Shown here in pieces: positions 47,464 to 59,915 of a stretch of DNA of 64,000 bases. The notes beneath the pieces were generated by a model, which did not search any database, was not told the DNA's origin, and saw only the letters and a program-made list of their open reading frames with translations. Position 1 is the stretch's first letter, and every line of letters starts with the position of its first letter. A program made the translations under genes and the position numbers. Location: assembly GCA_040954595.2 (NCBI GenBank), contig CM082593.2:9433200-9497199 (forward strand). Direction: 5' to 3'. Origin of the DNA: Balanoglossus misakiensis. Taxonomy: Eukaryota > Animalia > Hemichordata.

Positions 47464-49448
47464 CAGTCTTCGGACTGAGCGCGATTCCCATTATCAAAAC
47501 ACCGCAAAGCATGCTGGGAAATTTCAGCACTCATTGACCTCTGTTATGGCGGCCAAGAACCCAGCGTACGTGGAGAGATTTCAATCCAATTTTTTTCCAT
47601 GTTTTGAGAGTACTTGACAGATTTCGTTATCTTTGTGAAAATTATTGAAATAAAGCAATAAGAGAATCAAAGAGATGAATTCGGTAGATTTGCGAAAAAT
47701 AAAAATAAAAGAGTTACCTTTGACCCCTTCTATTTTAGCCTTCAGAGGCATATACCAACTTTGATTTTTTGTGCCTTTTCATCCAAAGCTTCAATGGACG
47801 AGAAAAAACGTGGTATATACTCTATTTCATTAGAACTTTGTTGGAAACTATCGTATATCATGATCAACGACTGAATAAAGACTGTGGGACGTCTCCAATT
47901 GTTGTTGTTAAATTGGCGATTTTGTAGCAAAATACCGTGATTTTGCCGTGTCGTAGTAAAAAAAATCCAGACGCAAATGTCATGCAGAGTGTTTATTTTA
48001 ATCACTCATCACCTCTTATGCTCATTTTTTCGTCCAGAACATCTTACCCGTAAATTTCACACTTTCTGACAGGGTCTTCCTGGCACACACTGTTTTTGGG
48101 TGAAAATGCAGTGATTTGTTTGATTTTTTGTGCCTTTTCATCCAAAGAGTGAAAACTATTCAAACTCGAATTTCTGGGGTCATAGATACTTTATTGTTAT
48201 CATACGAACCTATTTTAGCTAGTGCTAAGCCTCTAAAAAAATATGCAGTCCCTTGAAGTGAAGCATAAAACGTAGTTTGTCGATATTTTGGTTATATATG
48301 TTTGTGGGCCTTCAATCAATAATTTATCAGATACGACCGTCCGCAGTGCCCAAAATACTTACGATACATGTTGTTATTTCGTAATCACACCGATCGAACA
48401 CAGATACCTCGCGTGGATGCATGCACCATGTCGTTTTTCAACGGTTTTGTGAATTTAATACCAATTTCAAGGGAAGTGCTTGCAGTCATGTATCCCGCAA
48501 TCAGCCAAAATAAGACTCCAACAGCGAAAAAAGAGACGCATCTGGAACAAACACGCATATTTACTTCCTCTGACTTCCGTAAGAACCGCGATTACATGCA
48601 GAATTACCCCCACTAGAGCCCATGTGTGTACCCTAATCACATGGGTCAGTCTCTGACACAGAGATATCAACGCCCCTTTCATGACGTTCAAGCCTGATGA
48701 CAGCATCATTGATCAATGGGTGGGTAGATATACTCATAACTGACATGATCTTATATATAAATATTCAGATATTTGTTTACAACAAACTTAGATGTATCGA
48801 ATAAACTTTGAGCAAAAGCGTGAAGCCTTGCCTTTCTTGGCGGGAGATTGACGCATGTTGTTTACGTTACCATGGCGCCATAGAAATAGTAACGCTATTT
48901 AGCATATCACGTGCACTAAATGACACCCACTGGTTGGCGTATTCAAAAGGTCATAACATTTTGGGGTCATCAGTCGGCAGACTGAAAGTCATTGAGAAAT
49001 TGTGGTTTCTCGTCATTCAATTGAGGTTCATTGGTCAGAGAAAGTCGTCTGGGAATCGGCAGGTTTCGCTGCTTGCTGCATATGCTGAAATATTGCACCA
49101 GCACCATTTTAGCAACCACGATCTGTCAAATTTTGGTCAGTTCCATAGGCATCGCCATGCAATTTGCAGTGCGGGGCTGGTAAATTCAAGTGTTGATGTT
49201 TTTTCTGAGTTAATTTTTGTAAAAAAATCACGTTGGTTTTTGGATTTGTCACAGCGAGTAAGGAACTTAATGTCAGTTCTTTGTTAAAAGCTAAGCTCGC
49301 TGGATTTTTTTCGTGTTGGAGACACTGCGACTTGTAATTTCTGTTTCCGACCGTAATTTTCCGGACACTCGACAGCGTAGTCAGCCTTTTTGAATACTTA
49401 ATGAGTGATAATGGACACGCCCACTTTTCGCGCTCAGTCCGAAGACTG
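47464..49448. mobile_element. Non-autonomous TIR element with 4-bp TSD (possibly Academ-like)
   Basis: Perfect 21-bp TIR CAGTCTTCGGACTGAGCGCGA / TCGCGCTCAGTCCGAAGACTG; TGTG duplicated; empty sites AAAATGTGGCTGT at about 31233 and 42728. Confidence 0.85.
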
Positions 49449-50370
49449 TGTGGCTGTCGAAAGTCTGTCCCAATTATAGTGTTGATACACAAGACAAAGT
49501 TTTTACTCTATGACCAACTGGCCTCATGGTTGCGTCTTGGAAGGGCACCCTCTTTATGAAAAAGGCATATGATATCACTACAAGGAATAAATTAACATGA
49601 TAGAACATTGCTGATTAATGTCATAGATCATGATAACATGAATGCATAGCAATGTTTTGTTACAATTTGGTACATAAAGAAATGGACTACTGTGACTGTA
49701 TTGACTCTGGGAACTATGTAGATGATTCCCAGCCTCAAAATTCTGACTTGCTTCACCGTTGGAAGAAGTCAGTTTTCAGGTTAACATGTATATTTGTACA
49801 GAGTGTGGCATTAGTGAGTGGTTGCATCACATCAATGCATGACAAAAGGTCATCACTGTGTAAGACTCAGAAATAGAATTTGAATACAAATCCTATTAAA
49901 CAAAATATTCTAAAATTTACATGTTATTTTTAACACCTGTTTACTCCTATAAAAGTGAGTGCATGTGTTTTCGAGTTCTCTTCAATCCAGAAGCCACTGT
50001 ATAGGCCTTAGTTGGTGCATGTAGCTCCTAGACTTAGAAATAAAGACGCCTCAAGTCCAGTTGACCATCTCACACTTCTGGCACTGGTGGGATTCAAACC
50101 AACGCCATCGAAATGACTGCAGGTGTCTAAAACCCCTTGACTGTAGGACACAAATGCCTGACAGTGATATAACTATGTTATAATGTTACGTCGACACTAC
50201 ATAAGTTTGGGGATATGTTGTCTCAAATGATGAAATTGAGAAAAATTATCCCCATCTTGTTATAATCTGAGCCCAGTTGTCTTTGGTGTGAGATTCCAGT
50301 AGTCAAGAGTAGGCTTACCTTGAATAATGTAATGCTTGTAAATAATTTCTAATTTCCTCTTACCCTCCAG

Positions 50371-50493
50371 ATATGAATGAATGTCACAGTGGTGGAAATG
50401 CGTGTCAACACTATTGTCAGAATACCCATGGTAGTTATCTCTGCGCTTGCAGACAAGGCTTCAATGTGCTGGAGGATGGCCATGCATGTGCAG
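50371..50493 (+). CDS. Calcium-binding EGF exon type a, intact copy
   Basis: DMNECHSGGNACQHYCQNTHGSYLCACRQGFNVLEDGHACA; 123 bp, AG/GT. Confidence 0.75.
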
Positions 50494-51573
50494 GTATGTA
50501 ACTGTGGATATTGATCTCTTCTGTGGCTACACTGTTTGGGGATTGTATATTGCTATGGTTACAATAAAACATGCATCCTGTCTGTCCATTGCACACATTT
50601 TAAAATTTGAAATCAACCGCACACTCGTACTGAACACATGTTTGTTGAAATTGTATCTCAGAATTTTTCCATTTATAATTATGCATAATATAAACAAATT
50701 AACAAATGTGAAATTTTATCTTTGAAAATTTGTTTGCAAGGGTGAAAAAGTAATCTGTTTTTTTAAAAATCAGACAAAGTTTTGCTGACAGGGTACACAA
50801 GTTTCAGGGGATTTTGTCAAAATGAGAATGATAGAGAGTGTTAAAATTCCTAGAAAGAGATTGCCATGGATATTGAGGACTTTGGTGTAAAAACAATCAA
50901 CTGATCAATTAATATGTGGTTACGAATATGTGTCATCAACCTCACCTTCTATCCACAATGCTGGATCTATAGACAGTTTTAAAAGGGGTTTAAAAACTCG
51001 TCTTTTTATTCTGCACAATTTCATTCCATTGCTTTTTTTGGTTTAAAGGGAATGTCTTTCAGAACTGTTTTGGTTTCTTTGGGGTTTTTAAGTGTAATTT
51101 TTTTATCCTTTAAAGAGCATATCTTAGCTCGAAACACACTTTGAGGATAAATAATAATTGGGCGTGTGTGTTAAATGCTGGTGTCCTTTTACTTATTTCA
51201 TATGGATAAATAAATGTTAAATTTAAAAATGTTCAGGGCCTGAGAAAAAACTTCTGTTTGGGCCACGCCCATTTCTGTGACGTCACAAGAGGAACCCATT
51301 TACGTTTGCAAGACTGTACATTGCAGTGGTTGAATTGCAATCATACATGTCTGTGATCTAAACAGCTTTGCTGGGTCAGCCTCTGGATCCCCCGTTCCAT
51401 TCAAAATAAATGTACATATATACCTTTTCATCTAGGGGAGATGCGATTATGAAAAAAATAACACTACTCGGCCCGGTTAGGCTACGGCTACGCATTGCAA
51501 GCAGTACACAACATGCAATGGCAGCGGATGTGTATAGGCACCTTACACATACAATGATTGCTGCCTCGATTAA

Positions 51574-52368
51574 GATGGGTCCCCCGTATCTTTTTGCTCG
51601 TTTCTATGGGCCTTTATAGGACACTACACTCAATTTTGATCGAAACCGTTATGAACGTCCGACAAGGGGCTTGTAACTAGTTAAAAATACACACGATCGT
51701 GTGCACACCCCCTGTCCGAGTATGTTTACGGCAGCTACCGCCCGGCCATAGGCCGCCACGCTAATACGGCAAAGCAGCGGTCAGCGATGGCGTGCGCGTC
51801 ATGTAACCACAGTAACTGGATCGAACGCTAAAAATCCAATGTTTTGTACACAGAGATTTTGTACCGTTCACGAAAATCCCTAAGGCTTTTTTCATAGGCC
51901 ACGTACGCCAGTCAAATTTGACCTGCTTGTTGAGAACGCACTTCCACACAGTGTGACGGATCGTTTTTTCGGTTTTCGTCGTGCTAAGAAGCGATACCGG
52001 TGGAAGAGTGCGTCCAAAAACACCTAAAATCGATGACTTTTTCCGCTGTGGTACGGGTATGCTGAAATCGTAGGATACAACGATAATATTCAAAAACAAA
52101 ATCCGTCACGATCTTCCCTGGTTCAAGCAACTAATGAATACGTATCAAGTTCGTTTTTGAGGTCACGGAATAAAAAGCCTTAGGCTTTTGAAATTTGACC
52201 TAGCTAATTTGCATATCAATGGCGTCAGGGGGCGCGCGCTCACAATCGTGCAGATTTTCAACTAGTTACCAGCCCCTTGTTAGACTCTGAAAACGGCTTA
52301 GTCCAAATCGGGGTGTAATGTCCTGCAAAGGCCCATAGCAACGGGCAAAAAGATCAGGGGGACCCATC
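51574..52368. mobile_element. Nested TTAA TIR element (Kolobok-like)
   Basis: Imperfect TIR of about 55 bp starting GATGGGTCCCCC / ending GGGGGACCCATC; TTAA on both sides. Confidence 0.8.
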
Positions 52369-53476
52369 TTAAACCGTGGAATATTGCCCAGAGGTTTAGG
52401 ACTAGAGTGTTGGGTCTCAATCTACTTATCTTGGACAATGTCAACTTATTGACAACTGATATATCGTGGTCTTTTGGCGATTTTCGATCACTGCCTCAAC
52501 AGACAAAATACGCGCGTGTTATTACAAGGGAACTCCATCAGCGCCGATGCGTGTACACGCAGTCAGCAGCGATGACACATATCGCGCCGCGATGTATATG
52601 TACCATGCCAGCACTAAAATTCTGTCTTCTGAATTACATGTAAGCTATATGCCTTTTTGGTGATGACAAACAGAAACATTTATGACTTGTCGCTGTAATC
52701 ATGAAAGTTCCTTCACATGCTTCATACTGCATTATAACAAAATGAAACCATACAACCAACAGCAACAGGCGATCATGCCGGGCTGACCCACTCACGCTCA
52801 CAAAGCATGAAACATTTTCATTGATACACACGAATATCCAAGTTTGGAAACGGTTTTCACTCACACGAGGCAAAATTTATTCAACACATTTTGTTTCAAA
52901 ATTTGTACAGTGTGTTTTGGAGCCGATGAGTCGGACATAGTGCGTTCAAGTTTTCACATTGATTGCTGTCAACCTTAATTATCGAAGTTTGCGGTCCCTG
53001 GGTACCGGGTAGCCAGACGAAAGAGTGAATAATTATAAGCAATCTCGACATGATGTCGGCCAGCGCAAAATTGTGTTTACGCATCCTGCCAGTTCACCTA
53101 CTACTGTGTAATCGCGGTCGCTGGAACACTGAATGAACACCAATATCGGGTATAAACGATCAGTTGTGCTCTGAATTGAATATTGATCACTGGTCGACCT
53201 CTCCTACTGACAGGCTTCTATTTTCCTGTAAGGGTGTGGATTGTCTTCTCGTGATTCAAACCTGGCCGATTATCATTCAACGGTCATGCATTGACAGTTA
53301 CGGCCGCCGCCGCCGGATGGCTTCATATCCACCGTAGAATATCGATGATCGTGGCATAGACTTTCATTGGTTTTCGGGGAATTCACACGGGTGACTTCCG
53401 TCTAGGTAATGTGTTGCTGCAACCACGGCAACCACCTCTTTTTCCCATTGTGGTATTACACAGAAAAGCACGAAAA

Positions 53477-56400
53477 CACCGTATGTGGAAATTTCAGAAA
53501 ATGAGCATTTTAAAAGCATGTCAGGCATTTTTTGGTACAAGCTGGGAACAAGTTGTTTTTGGATATTTCGAATACGCTGATTTCGAATTTGCCTGTTCCC
53601 AAAAATTCTTTTCACGTTTTCATGTCGAAAATGGCAAATTAATTTGTGACGTCATAATTTCAAAATACCTAAAAGAAAACGCTGTTTGTAGCCATTATGG
53701 TGCAATATCACAGGTCAACACCATAATAGTCTATTGAAATCGTATTCTTATATTCATTTAAATACTTTTAAACAATTTGTTTAATTTAGAAACATTTGGT
53801 GAATTGGTAAAAATGCTAATTTATGTTAATTAGGTGACACACCCATCTAAAATCAATGGGTCTACAAAAGAGAGCCAACGGTGTTAAGTGAGGTGTCTAT
53901 TCCAATGTTTTCAGGGTCAAGGAATTCAAATATGCAATCGGTTACCTTGTCAGACAAGGTGCAGCATGGAAAATATGCAAAATTAGCTTAATTAGTCATG
54001 ATGTCATGCTAAAATTGACAACTGAAAGCTAAAGATACGACTATGGCCTGTGAGGTGTCTATTCATATGTTTTTTGACAAATGTTTGCATTTTAATGAAT
54101 AACTGAAATGAAACTTTCCATATTAGTATGTAATAGCATGTAAAAAACAACAAAAACAAACAAACTAACAAACAAACAAACAAATAAACATACACAACAA
54201 GGATTTAGTTTAGACTGTACATGCTCGCTGGTAACATCGTGACCAACCGCTCCGTTAAAAAACACCAGAACAAAGAACGTATGAACGTTTAGGTCCACAA
54301 TTCACAAGTTATTGAACTATGAATGTATGTTCAATGCTGTGAAAAGCCAAAAACATACTTTTTGCCAAAAAAAATGACATTTGTTAACGTACAAGTTGTT
54401 CATTAATAGCGAAAGCACCGTATGGCCACACTCACATTATGCCAGCACCGTATATTCATGCTTAGTTATAAGACGTTGAATGCACACTGATGGCCCGACG
54501 TCCTCATTGTTTTTTTGAAACCCGGTCTCTAACAACAATTTCTCTTCATAAGTAAAGAGTAATGTGTATTTTTATTACGGTTTTATATATGATACTGTGT
54601 GCAAAGTGAAGATTGTGTGTCAGTGAGGCAACATATATACATGTATATTTAATCCACTTGGGTGTCGTACTTGGCTCAGATGTGTGTTAATGTGTACTAA
54701 ACAAATTCAGAGAGCGAGCCGCCAATACAGATAATCTCACCCACAAAATACCAATTATAAAAAAACAAAATAAATTCATATTACAATATTTGAAACAAGA
54801 AACTGCTCAAAGAGTAATTTTCAAAATATTTATCATCACTAAACTAGTTATAGGGGTAAATACAGGATCGAGATTCAGTCGCTAAAGAAATTCAAGTTTG
54901 GTAATAACACCGGTTACAACAAACTTAGTTAAAACATTGTATAGCCATAGATATATTATAATAGTGGCCTGGCATAAACAAAATTTTCATAACATTTGGG
55001 CATTTTGTGATAAAAGTTTAACAAGTAAAGCTCAGTTGATTCGTTCTTTTCCCCATAAAAATATCTTTGATGAACAAAATTCCAAATTTAGTCAACCCAG
55101 GAAAAACGGCATCTTGTTTCTCAACCTTATAAATTGATCTGACCAGTTTGAATCAGTGCAGAATCTAGCTTTTCTATTTTATCTTCATCAAATGATTCAT
55201 GCAAATAAAGAATCACTTCCCCATAAAATGGTGGCAGAAATCCAGTATCATGACAGTCGATTGGTTTGTTAAAGTTACTATAGAAACTAACTATGTCTAG
55301 GTTGCATGTACATAGATAGATGTTAGGAATCCAAATCAAAATCTGTTTCAAACTTTTCATCCAATACTTGTCCTTCGGAAAGCGTTTTGATGAAGTCGCT
55401 TGAAGTGCTTTGTATTGCTCAAGTTATCGAAAATTTTAATCGCACCTTGATGATAGTCAGCAGTTCTATTTTGACATGTTATTTTGTGTATTTTTGAACC
55501 CCCAAAATCAAAGAATAAAATGATAAAGTGAAAATAAGCTTCAAAACACCAAAAGTCTTCAGGATCACAGCTTTTCTGTAAAGAGTAAGATTTCGCTTAC
55601 TTCATGCTATTAAATGAAATGAAGTTTTCCGTAATATCTCTTGCAAAGTCAGATTACACATTGAGATATTAGAATGGAAGTACATTCCAAGTGACTTGTT
55701 GGGAGCATTGGGCCACCTAATCCCAGAAAATTGCAATAAGACCTGTTTTTCCATTTACCAATCTAAAGGCCAACTGCTTGTATATTTAGTTGGGTTTCTA
55801 TAATTAACACACATTTTTGACAATATTTATGGCATGATGGACACTATTCTCGACAAATAAAATAATGTTGTGTCCTCCGCTGTAATTTTTATGAGTTTGG
55901 AATCATAGACACCATTTATTTTTTGGTCAACTCTGTTAACAGTCGACAAAATTGCTGGAGTGGAACTGATACATGATCTAAAGTATCAAGACATATGGTC
56001 GATTATTAGCGTTTCAGCAATTCGACTTAAGTTTCTTAAATTTCCTATGACATTTTGACAAACATCAACGCCCCGAAAAAACGTTGTCAACGCTGCGGTC
56101 GCGATTGTGGTCGAAACAAAGCCGACATTTTCGCATGGTTCGTTACCTGGGGTCCATTTAGATTGCATTGCGTTTGAGGCCCTATGTGTACGTATGTCTG
56201 TCGACCAATACACGTGACGACCGCGGACTCAGTTTGGATCAACGTCTATTTCGGGCAGTAGACTCTCCTATCAAGTTGATAAGGAAATTTTACCAGTCAC
56301 GAGTAAGCCAAGCCCACATCCGTGTGCAAATCTGATATATCGGTGATCTGTTTATATGATTATCATTAGCTAAGGTGGTAAACTGTTGTGATTCATATGT

Positions 56401-57384
56401 GTAATTTACGTACTGCAAGTTAAATATCGCAATTAGCCTAATGTTTGACCATAGACAGTATGCTTTGATTTCTAGAAGAGCACCTATTAATCCGAGAACA
56501 AAGGGATTAAAAGTTACGCCGTTAAATTGTGTTTTAATAACTTACTTACCCTATAAGTAGTTTAGTAACCATAATATCTTTGAAAATCATTCTTTCCACA
56601 GTTCCTTGTATCAAATATAGAAATCTAAATTTATTTTGGTGTTCACAGATGTTATTTGGTGGGTGAAATTATCTGTATTGGTGGCCATTTTGAAAAATTG
56701 GTTGCCATGGAAACTCATCAACAGATATTTAGTGGCTCGCTATCTGAATTTGTTTAGTACACATTAACACACATCTGAGCCAAGTTTGGTGCTTTTATCA
56801 CAAAATGCACAATCGCTATGAAAATTAGGGTTTGGCCGCTCCACTACAGGGCTTTAGACGGCCATATTGAATTGCCACATCGAGGCTCTTATCTCAAAAT
56901 GAACTTCACACTTGAAGTATTGTTTTGAACAAGGTTTAAGTCCTTTATTAAAATAAAGAAAAGGTAATTTTTTCCAATGGTTGTGAGTTTTCAGTACATG
57001 TACTGTTACACCAAGCTTTATTATTATTTGGTAGCCAAAAATCAACGAATTATTCATACAATATGCAAATTTGTGCATAATTATTGTTTTATTATTGCTA
57101 TTTTGTGTTTATACAACCAAACAAGTTGTTGATGTAAACATGTAGTTTATTTTCATTGTTTAAGGAGGTACGTGAACATTTCTTTGATGCTATTCATGTG
57201 AGAATTGCGATCCTTGGCGGCCATATTTGATTTGCCAAAACGAGGCTCTTATCTCAAAAAGATCTTTTGGGAACAGGCATTTTCGAAATCAGCGTAGTCG
57301 AATTGACCAAAAAACATATTTGGTTTGCTTGTACCAAAAAATGCCAGAGGGGGTCACAATTTCTCAAATCTCCACCTGACTATG
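53477..57384. mobile_element. Possible nested element bounded by long degenerate inverted repeats (Transib/Chapaev-like?)
   Basis: GGCATTTTTTGGTACAAGC...TACGCTGATTTCGAA..TGCCTGTTCCCAAAA (about 53524-53605) is inverted at about 57265-57344. No TSD or transposase found. Confidence 0.4.
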
Positions 57385-58699
57385 AAGGGTTCCTCTTGTG
57401 ACGTCACGTCACATGACCAAAATGCAGCAAATCTGAACTCAGATTTTCAGGACAGGGTGGATTTTGAAGTATTTTATGAGAACAAAACAAATATTATAGA
57501 AATCGATACCCGAAAAATATTGTCACTTTTGGTAAATATTAGATTTCTTTCAATCATTTTTTAACCTTCTGATAAGATTTAAAAAGGCAAGATATGCTCT
57601 TTAAGCTTTCACTTGTTTTCCAATTTTATTATTTTCAGTAGAAAATGCACTAAGATGTATGTGTATTACGTTTGTCAGGATATAAATAATAATAAAATTA
57701 AAAATAATAAACTATCTTTGATTTCAGATGTCAATAAGAGAGCAGATCTTTGTGAAGGCCAGTGTGTGAATACAGCAGGCTCTTTTTATTGCACTTGTTC
57801 TGTGGGATATTGATTGGTCAATGGAGAGTGTACAGGTAAGACCAGCACAATATGTGGACAACGAAAGGTCCAGTATCTGTAACTTTTGAATTTTTATTCA
57901 GTATTTTTCTGGTTATCAACCATCATTTCTTGTTCAGCTCGATGAAGCAGGGTAAGCAATGTTGTTATGTTTAAACATTGTATTCAAGCCTGGGTCTGGA
58001 CTTGGATGCAATTTGTCAATAATAACAGTGATTGGTAACTGCATGTTTACATAACTGGCTAACTGTTAAAGAGACCAGCTGTTCTATTTGGTGTGTGTAC
58101 AGTACACATGCCATTGGCAGCTTATGGGTCAGCCAATGTTTGCCTGTTGATCTCTTGATGTGTGTGTGTGTGTGTCTGTCTGTATATGTACTCTGGTGTA
58201 GACTTTTTTCTTGTATTATCCGTGAATGGGACCACCGTGTACTTAACGCAATTTCTTACACTCATCAGGGATATTTTGGCTTGTCTAACACGAGCTAAAA
58301 ATATCCCCAACTCGTCTGAGAAATCTTTTACCAGGTCCTAAGGTTGTGAGACTAATAGAATCTCACACTCCCAAGGACTTGGGATCATATTTCTCACATG
58401 TGTTGAGGATTTTCTGTCCCAAACAAGCTGCAGGCGAGTGTGGGACAAAATATCCCTGACGAGTGTGAGAAATATGATCCCAGGTCCTTGGTGTGTGAGA
58501 TTATATTTCTCACACGGCCACAAATTAGCCAAATTCATTTAAAAACATTAAATAAATGACTCTTGAACTGTCATCTGGCACGTTGTAGTTTCTGTATCAT
58601 AGGATAACATTTAGCTTTGTCATCCAATCTGAATCAGCGCTCGTGTCATATACAGCTTTCGATTCAGTGAGAATGTGTGATTGATTTGTTGTTCATTGT

Positions 58700-59915
58700 T
58701 CAGGTGCACAACAGTGCACGTTAATTGATTGTCAAGGCCTCCAGCCCATAGGTAAGAGGGCATAAAGGTAATCAGAAAATTGTACGAAAATGAAATAAAT
58801 AATACATGTACTCAAATAATATAAATGACAACATCAAGCAGCACTTGTGTGGAAGTACGTACTCGGGATACAAAGTGAGGAACTTAGCAGATTAAGTTTT
58901 TTAACACATTTTCTCTAAGTTAAAAGGCATTGTAAACATAAATACTTGAGGATTCTGATGCGCTCATGATATTAACAAACATTTGAATGTGGGGAATTTT
59001 AGTGTAACCAATATATTGTTTTCTAAGACTGTCATATAAGGGGCAAACAAGTAAAAAGTGATACTCGTCTTCTATTTGTTCACCAGAGCATAGCCTACAG
59101 TGTCTCTCTGAAACGTCCACGTTCTGATCTCTTCCCTCCTCTATTGCAAGAGGAAGGGCAGAACAGCGAAAACATGCAAAAATGTCTTTGACATTACGTG
59201 TACAGTTGACATTAACTACTTTTCAGGCTGTAACAATGATTTAAAATGTGTGTATGTACGGAGTTTGGTTTTGGACGGACAGTGTGATTTCCATTGTTGC
59301 TTCAAAATATCTGAAATTCTTGTCTCAAATGCTGAAAGGAACAAACGCTTATCGCCTCTTTCCTGAGAAATCCAGGCGAAAATAAAATGTGTTTCACCGA
59401 TGTTGCCCAAGTGTGACGGCCTAAACAGTCAAGATTACGTATGTAGCATTAAATATGCTTGCCTAGGGAGTCTTTCCTGTGGCATCTCTATAAGTTTCAC
59501 CCAGTAACGAATACAACGTTTCATTGTGTGAACATACACTGGCAACCTCCCACATTCTCCAATTACAGCTTCATTGGTAGTGCTCCTTGGCACACCTAGA
59601 AAAATTCTGCACCATGTTCTTTGCACTTTTTCTATGATGTCATAAAACTCAAGTCTCCGATCCATAACAAAGAATGGGTAAGATCATGGCATCAAACACC
59701 TTGAAGTGACATTCAAATGGCATATACCCTAGTTTCCACCTGGCAACTGAGAGTAGAGACAACACCTTGCTGGCTTGATTAGCCAATGTTTGCACTGCTC
59801 TGGACCAGGTGTTGCGATTAAACAAAAGTGAACCTAGGAGTTTGAACAATGTCCTTGTAATAGACAGGTTTTGGTTGAGACAGGTTTTACTGTATTTTGA
59901 TACATGCTCTGGCTT
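58700..59915 (-). mobile_element. 5'-truncated, degraded non-LTR retrotransposon (RTEX-like ORF2 C-terminus)
   Basis: Consecutive fragments FDAMILPILCYGSE, IEKVQ...LGVPRSTTNEAVIGECGRLP...RYW, KLRTY..FK and ERHCRLC...IEDEYHFLLVCPLY in shifting frames. Confidence 0.8.

Larger units (their letters stand above)
51114..57600. mobile_element. 6.5-kb composite TTAA TIR element (Kolobok-like) with nested insertions
   Basis: TIR AGAGCATATCTT / AAGATATGCTCT; TTAA duplicated; subterminal inverted repeat GTGACGTCACAAGAGGAACCC (about 51277) / GGGTTCCTCTTGTGACGTCAC (about 57387); empty site ATCCTTTAAGCTTTC at about 29355 and 33747. Confidence 0.85.
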
